Assembly (NCBI RefSeq): GCF_902713615.1
Contig: NC_052163.1
Coordinates: 84,493,721-84,557,720, forward strand
Direction: 5' to 3'
Source of the DNA: Scyliorhinus canicula
Lineage: Eukaryota
DNA: 64,000 nucleotides
Shown one piece after another: positions 33,454 to 47,614 of this stretch. Both the position numbers and the translations under genes were made by a program. Under the pieces are notes generated by a model. The model was not told the DNA's origin, ran no database searches, and was given only the letters and a program-made list of their open reading frames with translations. Numbering within the stretch: the first letter of the stretch is position 1; the number at the start of each line of letters is the position of its first letter.

Positions 33454-36400
33454 TGTCATAATATACACCAGTATATCATGGTGCAGACACACACTGATGG
33501 ACAAACACAAGGACCAATCAACATGTACGAACACCACGGCCAATCACCAGTTAGAATACACACACTATAAAGGCAGAGGGCACCACGGTTCCTGCTCATT
33601 CTGGGTGCTGCCTCTGAGTGTAACAAGAACTCATCCAGCCCAGCACAGACTTACACCACGTGCTGAGAGAATCAACTGGTTTAGACAGGGCTTAGGTCTC
33701 TAGTTTAAGTTAGCATCATTTAGACCCACAGTCATCATGTGTTAGTGAGTTAGAAGTAGTTAATAAAATTGAGTTGAACCTTCATCAGTGTTGGAAGTGT
33801 CTGTTCATCTCTCAAGTCTACACTAGCCAACACTTCATAATACCAGAAGTTGAGGGATGCTCGCACTTCTAAAACCTACCTTTCAGTGATCTGCCTCCCA
33901 CCAGTCTCGCGCCATCCTACAGAATGGATTCCGTTCGACCACCGCCGCCTCTCCGCATTGCAGGGAATCTGGGCTCGAACTGGAAACTTTTCAAACAGCG
34001 CTTCCAGCTGTACCTCGAAGCCCGGGACCTGGAAGCTGCCTCGGACGCACGGAAGATTGCTCTATTCCTCTTCACAGCCGGGGACCACGCTCTGCACATT
34101 TACAACTCGCTCACCTTCGATGAGGGGGAGGACAAATCAAAGTTCAAGACCATAATTCTAAAGTTTGACAGCCACTGCGCGGTCGAGGTCAACGAGAGCT
34201 TCGAGAGATACATGTTTCAGCAGCGAATTCAGGGTAAGGACGAGCCTTTCCATTCCTTCATTACCCACCTCCGCGTCCTTGCACAGTCCTGCAACTACGG
34301 GTCCACCTCTGACTCCATGGTCAGTGACCAGATTGTTTTTGGTGTTCAATCTGAGCCCCTGCACCAGCAGCTACTAAAAGTAAAGCCACGGCCATTGAGA
34401 CCTGTGTACTTCATGAACATGCCTCCACGCGCTACTCCTGCATCCAGGCTGCTGAAACGGCGCGGCAAGCCCCTTACGAGGCAGAACGGGTCCAAATGAT
34501 TAAATCTTTTCAGGCTCTGGATCTGAACGATGGCGGCCATTTTGCACGCTTTTTGCGGAGTCCCGCGCTTACACGCAGCGAGTGGGCTGACGTCACGGAC
34601 CGCTTCGCGCAGGTGCGCGCTACGCTGGATCACCCCGTGCATGTGTGGTGGCCGACGAACGTCCCGGCGCTCTGGCGTGCGGAAACTGTGGCTCCGCCCA
34701 CTTAAAGCGGCAATGTCCCGCAAAGTCCTGATGCTGCCTGGAGTGTGGCAAACGAGGCCACTACGCTGCAATGTGCAGATATTCCCTGCCTGCTGTTTTT
34801 AGGAGGTCCACCCAGCCCCACAGAGACGTCAGGGCTATCCAGCCTGCCATTAATGAACCTACTCTAGACCTTGATTCCGACTGTGCCTGCAATGACCCAC
34901 AGGTCCCGTTCCAAATCGGCGTTGTTACGACAAACAGGATGTCTCCCAAGCGTGGCACTGAACGCATCCACGTCCACAGCGTCAACCAGGATGATGAGTG
35001 GTGTGCCACCCTTATGGTCAACCGGTCCCCTGTCAGATTCCGCCTGGACACTGGCGCCTCTGCCAATCTCATCGCATCGTCTGATTTTCGCAAGCTCTGC
35101 GTACAGCCTGCTGTCCTGCCACCTGCGTGTAAATTGCTGGACTACAATAGCAATGCCATCGCCGCCAGCGGCTCCTGCCGCCTTGAGGTGACACATCGTG
35201 CTCACACAGTCATTCTCCCGTTTGAGATTGTTGCTGCCTCAAAAGCCTCCTTGGTTGGTGCGCAGGCATGCAAGTTGCTCCACTTAGTGCAGAGAGTACA
35301 CTCTCTCTCTTCAAGCGATGTGCCTGCATCCTCTGACACAGACTTCAGGGCACAACTCGACTCCATCATCCAGCAATACCATGAGGTCTTCGTAGGCATG
35401 GGCACGCTCCCCTACACGTACAAAATCTTACTCAAGCCCAATGCCACACCTGTCATTCACGCACCTCGCAGAGTCCCAGCGCCCCTCAAGGACCGTCTCA
35501 AGCAACAGCTCCAGGACCTCCAGGACCAAGGAGTAATTTCTAGGGTCACGGAACCCACAGACTGGGTAAGCTCCATGGTTTGCGTCAAGACGCCGTCCGG
35601 CGAGCTGCGGATCTGTATTGATCCTAAAGATCTGAATCAGAATATCATGTGGGAGCACTACCCGATTCCGAAACGTGAGGAGCTCACGTCCGAGATGGCC
35701 CACGCCAAACTATTCTCAAAACTGGATGCCTCGAAGGGTTTCTGGCAGATCCAACTAGATGAGTCAAGCAGGAAGCTGTTTACGTTCAACACACCCTTTG
35801 GCAGGTTCTGCTACAACCGGATGCCATTCGGCATCATTTCTGCGTCCGAAGTTTTCCCCCGTATCATGGAGCAGATGATGGAGGGGATCGACAGCGCCCG
35901 GGTATATGTCGACGACATTATTATCTGGTCAACCACCCCGCAGGAACACATTGCCCACCTTCAGCGTGTTTTCAGGCGCATCCACGAACACGGCCTCCGC
36001 CTCAATAGGGCCAAATGCTCCTTCGGACAGTCGAGTATCAAGTTTCTGGGGGGTCACACCTCCCACCAGGGGGTGCGTCCGGACGTGGACAAGATTGCAG
36101 CAATCACGTCCATGAAGACGCCCGAGGACAAGAAAGCGGTCCTCCGGTTCCTGGGCATGGTGAATTTCCTCGGGAAGTTCATCCCGAATCTCGCCTCACA
36201 CACCACGGCCCTCAGAGACCTGATTCGCAAAACCACAGATTTCCGATGGCTCCCTGCTCACGAGCGTGAATGGCAGGAGCTGAAGGCCAAGCTTTCCACG
36301 GCCCCAGTGTTGGCCTTTTTCGACCCGACCAAAGAGACCAAAGTCTCTACTGATGCCAGTCAGTCGGGGATTGGTGCCGTGCTCCTGCAATGAGACGAGG

Positions 36401-38349
36401 CCTCGTCATGGGCCCCCGTTGCGTATGCGCCGCGGGCGATGACTCCCACAGAGCAGCGCTATGCGCAAATTGAGAAAGAGTGTTTCGGCCGGTGGAGAGC
36501 GGGGCAGAGCGATAGGCCAGCAGAGCAAGATGGAAATCTGCTCAACTGCTCTACCTGCCAGCGTTTTCAGCCCGCCCAACTACGAGAGACCCTGATGCCC
36601 CATGAGCTCATCACATCGCCTTGGACCAAAGTGGGCATCGACATGTTCCATGCATTGGGCAGGGACTACGTCATCATCATCGACTACTTCTCCAGTTACC
36701 CGGAGGTCATCAGGCTGCACAATCTCACATCCTCGGCTGTGATCAGGGCGTGTAAGGAGATATTTGCCCGACATGGCATTCCGCTGACGGTCATGTCAGA
36801 CAATGGCCCCTGTTTCGTGAACCAGGAATGGGCCGACTTCGCCCGATACTACAATTTCGAGCACGTTACGTCCAGTCCGCTATACCCCCAATCCCATGGG
36901 AAGGCGGAAAGGGGGTCCACATCGTTAAGCGGCTCCTCAGCAAGGCCGCCGATGCCGGCTCAGATTTCCATCTTGCTCTGCTGGCCTATCGCTCCGCCCC
37001 GCTCTCCACCGGCCTGTCGCCTGCTCAGCTGCTAATGAACCACACCCTCAGAGTAACGGTGCCATCAATTCTCGCTCCCAACCTCGATTATGTCTCCGTG
37101 CTCCACCGCATGCACATGTCTCAACTGCAGCAGAAATCTTCCTCCGACTCATGGGCTGCTGACCTACCCGACATCCATCCACGCGACAAGGTTCGCATCC
37201 ACCTTCCGGATGGTGACTGGTCTGCGCCTGCTGTCGTTCTAAGGCAGGTGGCCCCCTGCTCCTTCCTGGTCTGCTTACCGGATGGATCCATTCGGCGCCA
37301 CAACAGGCGTGCTCTTCACCTGGTTCTAGGGTCGTCACGGGATCCTCCGACCAGCTCTTCTACTGATCCCGCCGTGGACTGTGTGGCGCTTCTGGTCGCT
37401 CTGCCTGCCCCTGACAGTGCTGCAGCCCTCCCGGCTCCTGAGGTGCCAGCCATTGCCCCACCCTTGAGGCGGTCAACCAGAGTTCGTCGCCCACCTCAGA
37501 GACTGAACTTATGAACTCTGTACACATGTGGACTCTCTGAAATGTTTTTTTTTCCTATATCCTTTATTGTTGCATTCGTTATCCAGTGATTTGTAAATGA
37601 AAATCGCTTATTGTCACGAGTAGGCTTCAATGAAGTTACTGTGAAAAGCCCCTAGTCGCCACATTCCGGCGCCTGTCCGGGGAGGCTGGTATGGGAATCG
37701 AACCGTGCTGCTGGCCTGCTTGGTCTGCTTTAAAAGCCAGCAATTTAGCTGAGTGAGCTAAACCAGCCCATTAAATAGATTCCTTGGTTGTTCCAGTTCA
37801 TGGTAGTCATCTACACCAGGCACCTTCCTCTGTAAATAGTCTTGTTCTCTGTATATAGCTTTGTACATATGTCTTTGCACCTCACATGTAGCTAGGTACA
37901 TTCTCCACACGCCCACACTATTTATTATCACATGGACTATATCAACATTTTTTTATAAAAGGGGGGATGTCATAATATACATCAGTATATCATGGTGCAG
38001 ACACACACTGTTAGACACACACAGGGACCAATCAACATGTACAAACACTGCAGCCAATCACCAGTTAGAATACACACACTATAAAGGCAGAGGGCACCAC
38101 GGTTCCTGCTCATTCTGGGTGCTGCCTCTGAGTGTAACAAGAACTCATCCAGCCCAGCACAGACTTACAACAGTTGCTGAGAGAATCAACTGGTTCAGAC
38201 AAGGCTTAGTTCTCTAGTTTAAGTTAGCATCATTTAGACCCACAGTCATCGTGTGTTAGTTAGTTAGAAGTAGTTAATAAAATTGAGTTGAACCTTCATC
38301 AGTGTTGGAAGTTTCTGTTCATCTCAAGTCTGCACTAGCCAACACTTCA
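33454..38349 (+). mobile_element. Gypsy (Mag-like) retrotransposon B; LTRs 33454-33837 and 37968-38349
   Basis: LTRs ~95% identical; 5-bp TSD AACTG/AACAG; PPT aaaagggggga; degenerate tRNA-Leu-type PBS (taataccagaagt). gag PPPLRIAGNLGSNWKLFKQRF, PR LDTGA, RT YVDD, IN DNG; stops and deletions present. Confidence 0.93.
37596..37770 (-). mobile_element. Second tRNA-derived SINE family, nested in Gypsy B
   Basis: Reverse complement gggctggtttagctcactcagcta...ggttcgattccc...gccggaatgtggcgactaggggcttttcacag. Confidence 0.82.
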
Positions 38350-40574
38350 AACAGGGCATTTGAGGAGTTTTACAGGAGGCTTTATGAATCGGAGCCCCTA
38401 ACCGCAAGGAGGAAAGCGCCGATTCCTGGATGGGCTGGAGTTCCCTAAGGTAGAGGAGGGCCTGGTAGAGGGGTTGGGAGTGCCCATTGGACTGGTGGAG
38501 GTGACACAGGGTATGGGGGCGATGCAGGCAGGGAAGGTCCCCCCGGCCCAGATGGTTTTCCGGTAGAATTCTATAAAAAGTTTTTGGGAGATCTGGGGCC
38601 CCTGCTGGTAAAGAAACTCAATGAGGAGAGGGAGAAGGGGGAGCTCCCCCCCCCTCCCCCCCCCCCCCCCCCCACATTATCACAGGCTTTAATAGCTTTA
38701 ATCTTGGGGCAGCACGGTAGCACAGTGGTTAGCATTGCTGCCTCCCGGCACCAAAGACAAGGTCTTCTCCAGCACTGGCATCAGGTCATCTTACATCCTC
38801 CCTTTCCTTACTCCAGGCCATAGTACAATAAATGAACCAGCAATCTGCAAAAGCATTTCTTCAACACCTTCATCAAGTTGCTCAGTCGAATCAGCCCACT
38901 TCTCTCTCCCCCTCCTACAGCCCTTGTTCTGGGTATCTACAATATTAAAAGATGGCTTGAAGGCCTCATAGACGAAAAGCCCAGGGGTGACCCCTGACCT
39001 GGAATGCTTCAGCCCCCCCGACCAGCCCAAGTCCCCTCAGGGGTCGTGTCCCCCACCCCGAGAAGCCCTCAGCAGCCATTGCGCCAGCTTCATGTTTTTA
39101 AAAAGGAATACTAAACAACGGCCATGTGATTTCTCGTTGGGGAGCCGGTTAATTCCCGGGAAGCCATTACATTCGACTTCAATCTCCCTAATGAGATGGA
39201 AATTGATGCTTATTGGGGTCAATGATATGCAACCATATTTGGTCGTGATCCAGAACTCGCCATCAGGAGCAGGCCGGGTGATTTGCAAACTGGATTGTGC
39301 CCGGCATGAATCTTGATTTTGACAATGCGGTAGTTAAATCGCGCTAAAAATCTACATTTATGCAGCACTTTTCACAATGTCTCAAATTGTTTGTTCAATT
39401 AAGTACTTTTGAGGTGTAATCACGAGTAATATGTAGGCAAAGGGCGGAGAAGGCTCGAGGGGCTGAATGATCTGCTCCTGCTCCTAATATGTATGTTTGT
39501 ATGTCAGTCTGGTGGATGACATGGGCTGGGCTAGATGGCCTTTGTCATTCATACTTATCTTGTGAAACGAGAGTGGAATCATGTTTGGAGTTTTTTTTCA
39601 TTTTGTCACTCAAGAAAGTTTACTGTGAGCAGGCTTTGGGGGTGAGATTGCTGGGATAGGAGGGCATAATGGGTTCACAGTGAATCAGTAGCCTGTTTTA
39701 CATTGTGTGTGGTTCTCAAGTATATTTTCTATTGACTTCAATCTCGCTTTTGTCTACTCACCTATTATCCCACTCTTTATGGTGCTTTTTGAGGTACTGA
39801 AATATTGTGAAAAAATTGTGTTGCAGCGTAGATATTGAAAAAACAATGCAGTGAGTCACAGCAATCAGCAGAGTCTTCCCACTTTCTGATCAGGAAAATA
39901 CAGATCCAGTTGTGAACCATTTGGTGCAACTTGTGGTTGGTGTCCATTGCTGTCAATCTTCTGTTGTTGCCCAGAAGCTGATTTCCTCCTGGCTCCCAGA
40001 TGGTCATGGAGGTAATTTATAGGAGGTCATGGAGGCAGATTACCCCACAGTAACTCTTATCATACCCCAGTACCTCTTATATATCAGAGGCTCAGCCTGC
40101 TCTCCCCAGTTGACCTCTGGCCCTCTTCTGCTGACGATTACTACCTCTTAACCCCTCTATCTGATCCCCCTTATCATCCCCTCCCCTAACTTACTGTTTC
40201 AAAGTTGTCGGCTGTTCAAACAAAGTTCACGGAGCACATGAACCAACAGCTCTGGCTTAGTAAACAACCATTACCCACTCCCAATATTATTCAGAGAGGG
40301 GGAGAGAGATAGAGCCTCCCCTCGTTCAAAAATTACTAATAGAACCTACTAAAGCAGCATATCACAACTGATCAGAGACTAATGAATAAATAAATATGTG
40401 GCTACACAGATACATTATTTTCAAAAATCTGTTACATGGATTTTTTTTATTTGAAGAAACTTTTAAAAATAAAATTCAACGTGTTTGATTTGTTTTTGGT
40501 TTATCCGGGACAACACAGTGTCTATGCATGATGGCAGAGTAGCTGAATGTGAGTGAGAGAGGGGAAGGCAGATT

Positions 40575-40703
40575 CGAGGACCCGGGTTCGATCGCGGCCC
40601 CCGGTCACTAGCTGTGTGGAGTTTGCACTCTGCATTGGTTTCACCCCCACAACCCAAAGATGTGCAGGGTAGGTGGATTGGCCCCTATAATGGAAATTTT
40701 TTT
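40575..40703 (+). mobile_element. Internally deleted short-tail SINE
   Basis: gggttcgatc B box and SINE body; abuts the duplicated segment. Confidence 0.65.
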
Positions 40704-41067
40704 TAAATTATAAAATAAAGTGTGCTGGGGGACAGTCAAATTGGGGTGTATTTTCGGACAATAAACCCCCCATTATCCCCCATCACCATGCACAGAATGC
40801 TAGAACGTCATAGCACAGAACCGAGCTGTCCAGCCTCATTGCATTGGTTTGAAAGACCCAAATTGGGCTTTAAATTTTTAACTGTCCTTATAAATATTTA
40901 TTTTGTAAGTATTTATTCCTTTTCCCTTTAAAATTTTGTTGCATTATTTTGCTTCTAGTCTAGTGAGGCACTCATGTCCTAAATGTCGTCCATATAATAC
41001 ACATACATTATCCATTGCCTTTCATTCTGCCGGTGATGATCTTAAATTTATTCCCTCTTGTTGCAAG
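40704..41067 (-). repeat. Inverted copy of 12926-13297
   Basis: Direct alignment by eye. Confidence 0.85.
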
Positions 41068-42689
41068 TAGTTTGACTCTGTTTATTTTACCAAAGCTCCT
41101 GAACAGTGCATCTTTTCATCTTTTCATCAGTTCATCTTTTCTTCATCTTTTCTTTCCTTGTTTCACCTCACTTACTCCTGTGCCATCTCTTAACTAAAGT
41201 CTCTATCTCCTAATATTGGAGTGAATCTCCTCTGTTGCCATTCCTTGGCCTTAACATTCATCTTAAAGTAGGGTTCACGAAACTGGTGGGTTTTCATGAT
41301 AGGCTCTGGAATTGAAAGTTGGGCCATTTCCCAATGTCATTTCCCCAAATTTTTATTGACCCATGGGCACATATTCTTTTTTCCCCCACAGGGTCAGGAT
41401 TGGGCTCGAGTTGGGTCTGTCTCCTCCTGATGTGTACAGAGGCAGGGATACCAAGGTCAGCAGGTTACAAATCCCACCTCCATTTACTGGAACACCAGTC
41501 CAGTTTTATTCCTGACTGTTAGGCCGCATATTTCACACCCCTCATGCCTCCTCACTCCCTTTATCCTTTATGCCCCTTCCATAACCCCAAGCATCCTGCA
41601 TATCTTCTCAATCAGTATCCAATATGAACAGAAATCATATATGAACAGAAAGCATATAACTCAGGGCAGACCTTGAAATGCTAATGAAGTAAATAAATAT
41701 AAAACCATCCATTCAAATTGTACTTGAATGAATTCCTATGAGCAACTCATAAAACTGTTAATCAAACACATATCCACTTGAAAACCTCCTCCTCTTGAGT
41801 GCTCAGAAATCTATCAAAATAAACATACAGTCACTCACCCTCTTCGAAACAATTTAATCCTGTTAAGAGCTGAAACAATTGCCAAACTAACACTGTTCAC
41901 AGGCCCCTACAAAGCTGCGTAAACAAGATAACTTCATGAGTGGGCTTTGACACTCAGTTAAGCATTCATAATGAGATTTCATTGCATAAAACTTAATGAG
42001 GCATATTTTATAGGGAGAGGCATAGGAAGGGTTTTGGGCTCCCATTTTCAGGGGTGGGATCAGCAAAAGTAGCTGACAATTCTGCAGGAATCCCAAAAGG
42101 GGTTTTACGTCAGCAAGATTTCCCATTGCAATTGCCCCCATCTCCAAAATATGACATAATGGGTAATCCAACATTGAATGTTGGGATCTCCACTTGAATA
42201 CAGTCAAATATAATTAGCAGGCCTTTATGCCTGACAGTATCCCTCTCCCTGTTAAATTGTCCATTCACGGCAACCATGATTGGCTCCCCATGGCGTGCAA
42301 CTGGTGATCCGATACTGCTGGATGCACACAGGTGAATACAGCACCCAGTGGGGAGAGGGTCATACCCAGCCAAGTACCATGGCACTGCCTGGGCATAGCC
42401 CCCTGGCACTACCTGGTCAATGCCATGGGCAGTGCGGGAGGGATTGTTCTGTTGTGGGGGGGGTTCTATTGTTACTTCAGAAGGGCCGCTCCAATATCTT
42501 AAAAACCTAAGTTGCCAGTGGTGGTTGAACCCGTCCTGCCAGCCTGGTGGCGTGGAACTCATCTCTTAACTTTTTTTGACTAAGTGGCTAGAAAGACACC
42601 GGAGGAAGCTGACCATAGGGCCATCAGCTTCCATCCTGTTTTTCCTACTCACTACAGTACTCTGCAGTACTCTGCAGTAATAGAGTACA

Positions 42690-43015
42690 AAAGCAAGGAT
42701 GTTATTGTTAAACCCGTATAAAACACTGCTTCAGCCTCAACTGGAGTATTGGGGAGGGATGGTTGAGAGGAGATTTAATAGAAGTCTTCAAAATCATGAG
42801 GCGACTGAGCAGAGTAGATAAGAACAAAATGTTCCCATTGGTGGAAAGATCGAGAACCAGAGGGCACAGATTTAAGCTAATTGGCAAAAGAAGCAATGGC
42901 AACATGAATAAAAATGTTTTTACACAGAGAGTGGTTCGGATCGGAGTGTGGTGGAGGCGGTTTTAATCATGGTAATCAAAATGGAATCGGACAATTATTT
43001 GAAAACAATGAGTGC
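42690..43015 (+). mobile_element. CR1 3' fragment
   Basis: RGDLIEVFKIMR...RTRGHRFKL...FTQRVV motif. Confidence 0.75.
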
Positions 43016-43113
43016 GATTCTCCTAGCCCGCATATTGGGGGACCCACTGGGCATAATAAGAGAAGAATTCCAGGCACCTTTTGATGGCCCTGGAACAATG
43101 AGGGAAAGGGAGT

Positions 43114-43411
43114 TGTAAGAGTGACCATCAATTCACTCGGTACACAATTGGAAGTAAACTGTGGTTTTAATAGTCTTACAACTGAGCCTGCCTGTGACCA
43201 GAAGAACTGAGGGAAGACTCACACAGCTGCAGCACTTTATACTTCCGGTAGTGGTCGGGCCATGGGTGGAGCCATGAACGGAGCCAAGGGAAGAGCCCAA
43301 TACAAGCTCCTCATCTCCCCCTATGGGCAGAGCCGCGCAACGGCTCACAGACAGAGCCCACAAGGACACAATACCATACAATACAATACAGTGTGAATTA
43401 CATTCACCACA
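43114..43411 (-). mobile_element. ~298-bp LTR of the same general type as Gypsy A/C/D
   Basis: Minus strand starts tgtggtgaa, has TATAAA and ATTAAA, and ends gaattgatggtcactcttaca. No matching TSD. Confidence 0.7.
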
Positions 43412-43419
43412 GCGGCCAC

Positions 43420-43935
43420 TGGCAGCGGCCCCCCGGTGATTCTCTGGCCCGCAATGGGCCGAGTGGCCGCCCGTTTACGGCCAGTCCAGCCAGCGTAAAT
43501 TACAACAGGTACTTACCGGCGGGACCTGGTTCCGCAGGCGGCAGGGGAATCTGGCCCCGGGAGGTACCCCCACGGTGGCCTGGCCCGCAATTGGGGCCCA
43601 GCGACCCGGGGGCGGGCCTGTGCCGTGAGGGCATTCTATTCTTCTGCGTTGGCCGCTGTAACAGTCTCTATGAACCCCGTGCACATGCGCTGAGATGACA
43701 CCAGCACATGCTGGCGCTCCCGCGCATGTGCTAACTCGCGCCAGCCGGCGGAGGCACTTTGGCGGCAGTTGGTGTGGCGCCAAGCCCTTCCGCGCCAGCC
43801 GATGCGACTCAAACCACTCCGGCGCCGGCCTAGCCCCTGAAGGTGCAGAGAATTCCGCACCTTTGGGGTGGCCGGAGTGGTTCACGCCACTCCTTTGCGC
43901 TGGAGTTGCCCTCCGGTTCATGGAGAATCCCGCCC
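43420..43935. mobile_element. GC-rich MITE-like repeat
   Basis: Ends ggagaatcccgccc, the reverse complement of the 28720 terminus. Confidence 0.45.
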
Positions 43936-45320
43936 CTGGTTCGTAAAATCTTGCTGCTTCATCTCCCTTTACAGCTATGTCATTGGTACTGATAGAAACC
44001 TCAACCACAGGCTATATACACTCCCCCTTCAGGGGGCTCTGCAGCTACCCAGTGGCATCTTTGAGCTTGGTAACCAGGTGGCAACACACCATCCTGGAAT
44101 CATGTATGTGGTCACAGGAACGCTATTCCCTATTGAATTTCCTATCATTATTCCTTTTCCTGACCTTCCTCTTTGCTTATCTAGCTGAGCCAGCTGTGAT
44201 ACCATGGCATTGGCTCTTGGTGTACTCTACTTTACCAGTATTCAGAACCAGGTAGAGAGTAAAATCCATTGAGTGGAGCTCCTAAAATGCCTACCTGGCT
44301 CTCCTTGACTGATTGAAAATCACCCAATTCCCTCTCTACGTGTGCACTCTTAAGATGTGAGTGGCATGTTCTATTAATGTAGCTCTCAGCTACCTGGATG
44401 CACTGCACCAATACCAAAGCCTGGAGCCGGATTGCTTCCAGCTACGGTCAGCTGGAAACAGGAAAACTATCCTGAAGTTCTCACATCACACAGGGTGTGC
44501 TTTCAATGGGACTGAAGTGCCCTGTTGTGTCTCTATTTGTTGGAACTTCTAGCTGGACTTATCAGAAATTAACTTTTCCTTGATCTGGACAGAACAATTC
44601 AATCAACCCCATCCCATGAAACATGATTTCGCTTTCGGTGCTTTTTACCTCTCACCCGGACACTCATGCCCCTTCATCGCCAGAGTCTCAAATTTTGGAA
44701 CTAATTAATCTGCTTCTAAAAACACACAGTCCATAAATCCTTAACTCATATACTTTCTTTAAAACTCTCAGGTTGCTGTTGCCCCCTCTATGTGGATTTT
44801 GTTATCACATTTTGAATTTCTGCTTGGTTCAGTCTGTTCTGCTCCATTGTATACAGTCACTGATCTCTTGGCTGCTTTTATGATCTATAGGCCCAATTTA
44901 CTAACCTATCTACGCTCCTTAAGATGCATATAGATTTCCCCAGTTAACCACACTTCCTATTTTTATTTTAACTGTAAGTTCTAGCATCATATTCCCATTC
45001 TCAAAAACAGTCTTGTTATGTTATGAGGAAAGCAATGCCCCCAACACCCCCCTGGGCAACATCAGAGCTTCTATGTCTCTCCAAGGAAATGAATACTCAT
45101 TCACCACAAATATCTTCTGTCATTTCAATGTTATCACACTCCCTATGAATTTAACAAGCCTTATATACTGTAGTCAATCCGCTTATGAAAGTCCATCCAC
45201 ATAACATGCCTTTGTCTCCTCATTAAACACCCTTACATTTGTCAGATGGAACTTTACTTTTACAAAAGCTTTTTGGAGAATGAGCCTGTGCCTGCAGGTG
45301 AACATTAAATGTGAAATCTA

Positions 45321-45551
45321 GGGCAGCACGGTGGTGCAGTGGTTAGCACTGCTGCCTCATGGCACCTAGGTCCCAGGTTCGATCCCGGTTCTGGGTCACT
45401 GTCCGTGTGGAGTTTGCACATTCTCCCCGTGTTTGTTTTGGTTTTGCCCACACAACCCAAATATGTGCAGGGTAGGTGGATTGGCCACGCTAAATTGCTC
45501 CTTAATTGGAAAACAATGAATTGGATACTCTAAATTTAATAAAAAAAGGAA
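45321..45551 (+). mobile_element. Short-tail SINE with a 15-bp TSD
   Basis: TSD aaatgtgaaatctag at 45307-45321 and 45552-45566. Confidence 0.9.
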
Positions 45552-46102
45552 AAATGTGAAATCTAGATATTTACCATTGCTGCAATTAACCCACCTCATC
45601 TATAATTCCCTAGTTTATTCATTAATAAACAAACGTTCTATCATCAACTCTCCAGGCATCTGACCCAACATCCAAACCAAAGGAATTTGAAAGATTTTGA
45701 TCAGATCCTGATTGACTTAATATTCCTAGATAGATGGAAACTGAGTGGGTCATGAGCGCCGCTGGCTAGGCCAGATTTATTTCCCATTCTGGATTGCCCG
45801 AGAAAAAAAGTGATGGTGAGCCACCTTCTTAAACCGCTGCAGATCATGTGGTGTAGGTACACCCACAGTGCTGTTAGGAAAGGAATGCCAGGATTTTCAC
45901 CCAGCAACAGTGAAGGAATGGTGATATATTTCTCAAGTCAGGATAGTGGAGGAGTTGGAGGGGGAATTGGGGATGGTGTTCCCATATACCTGTGCATAGC
46001 ATAGATAGCAGCACTGCTGACATTGTGCTCCTCACATCTAGACCATTTGGTAGGGTTAGGACCAGATAACACAGGCACACAATATATTTCTTGCAGATTC
46101 TC

Positions 46103-46108
46103 TTTATT
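46103..46108 (-). promoter_or_regulatory. Probable poly(A) signal of cluster 2
   Basis: AATAAA on the minus strand, at the position homologous to 13687. Confidence 0.7.
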
Positions 46109-46464
46109 GGAAGTTCCATTCCATGGTTGGTGCTGTTGACATATCAAAAACTAATTAATTATTTCCATTCAATCTAGCACAGGTCCTGAGTCAGTTACCC
46201 ATTTGTGCTGTAATTCCTGACTGCAGTCAAGTAATTGTTCACTTTTCCCTTGGTGTAGATTCTTACAATGGGAAGAGGCTGAACCTGCCACAGGTACAAA
46301 TACTTCAAAAGGATACAATAGAATCACACAAAGCAAACCAGAAACATGAAAAACAACAGTTACCAAGAATAGAGGTTGGATAATGATGGCAGAGTGGGTG
46401 GAGTCAATTAACATTTTCTCACTACTCTGGCCGAACACACACAAAAAAAAGAAATTCCATCTAT

Positions 46465-46787
46465 TTAACAGCCGGATTGAGAGGCGGTTGCGGTTGTTTT
46501 TGAAGCTGCTCCTTGTTGAACTGTACAGGAGTACACCTTCCCACTGCTCCAATCTGTGCCAGGGACTGTCAGGTAGCTGCTGAGACTGAAGCTGTTGTCC
46601 GAGTTCCGCGATGCCACACTGGTTTGTACATCACTGCTCGTCGGGCTCCCATCGACTGTCCAGCTGACCGCAGCAAAGCCCATGGACAGTTTGCTGACCA
46701 GGCAAACTAACGTGCCGGCTCCTTTAGTGGATATCTCATTGGCTGAAGGTCCAAGCAGTTTTACTGAAGGGTCAGGGAGTTGCCGAG
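46465..46787 (-). CDS. IgL constant exon C2, intact
   Basis: 6 nt differences from C1 in 323 nt; one amino-acid change (D>N); acceptor intact. Confidence 0.93.
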
Positions 46788-47614
46788 CTGCAATCAGAAT
46801 CAGGGAACACATGATTGTATCAAGTTAGAGAAAAACACAAAAAAAAAGCCACAATTTTTTGATACAAAATTTATTTTAGGACCCTCCTGCTGACTCTGGA
46901 TTAGAGCGTGTCTCACTGAAGGTGCTCCACCTCCAGCTCCCAGGTCCTATCCCCAGTCTGTGTTGAATTGGCTGCTGTCGGTGGAGTCATCAGGAATGCT
47001 TCACTTGACCCCAGTTCGGGAGAGAAGTGACCAAAATCCAATGATCATTTTATCTGATCTTATATTTCAAGTTGAAAATCTACCCCAGCAGGTGAGGCAG
47101 GTTTTGATACGGAGACACTGATGGGTTTCACACACACACACACACACACAGTTGGTATTGCCATGCAATGTGCTCAAACCCGGTGCACATTTTTGTTTTC
47201 ATTCACCCTTTCCCACACCACCCATCACTATCCCCCCTGCTGTACCCCCCTTGTCATGGGAAGAAGAAAACACACTCTCCATGGTCCAAATGAGGGCGCC
47301 AGGTTTGTGATCCCGAGCTCTCCAGAGCAGTAAGTGACAAGGCCACAAATGATCGGTGATGATGCCCCATTAATACATAAACCTACTGTTGGGAGAAGAG
47401 TCTGAAAATCTAACATCCACTTTCCCCCCCCCTCCCTTCCTACCCTATGGAAGGCTCTGTAGTTGTAGGTGTGAGGAGAGGACAGGACTATTAACAGGTA
47501 AATGGGACACTAACTCAATTAATTCAGGAGGAACAGTCAACTGGGTTGGGAGGGTTCAAAGCTGAATGGAAGATTCTGAATATCCAAGTGTACATTGTTA
47601 GAAATAAGAAGTTA

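Larger units (their letters stand above)
29890..38700 (+). mobile_element. L1-like LINE (5' UTR, ORF1, EN, start of RT) interrupted by a solo LTR and Gypsy B
   Basis: ORF1 motifs (ENRSQRHNLGIVG, EVDRVHR, YQDLGADL) and EN (LVTWNVRGL, NVYAPN, IDFFVV, SDH). Reading rejoins across both insertions (GFM|ERMAG; VN|RAFEEFY). Confidence 0.88.

Noticed and set aside
33838-33856. LTR-leader helix in Gypsy B
   Set aside because: Its leader is not complementary to its AATAAA region and resembles a decayed tRNA-Leu PBS, so it serves as a negative control.
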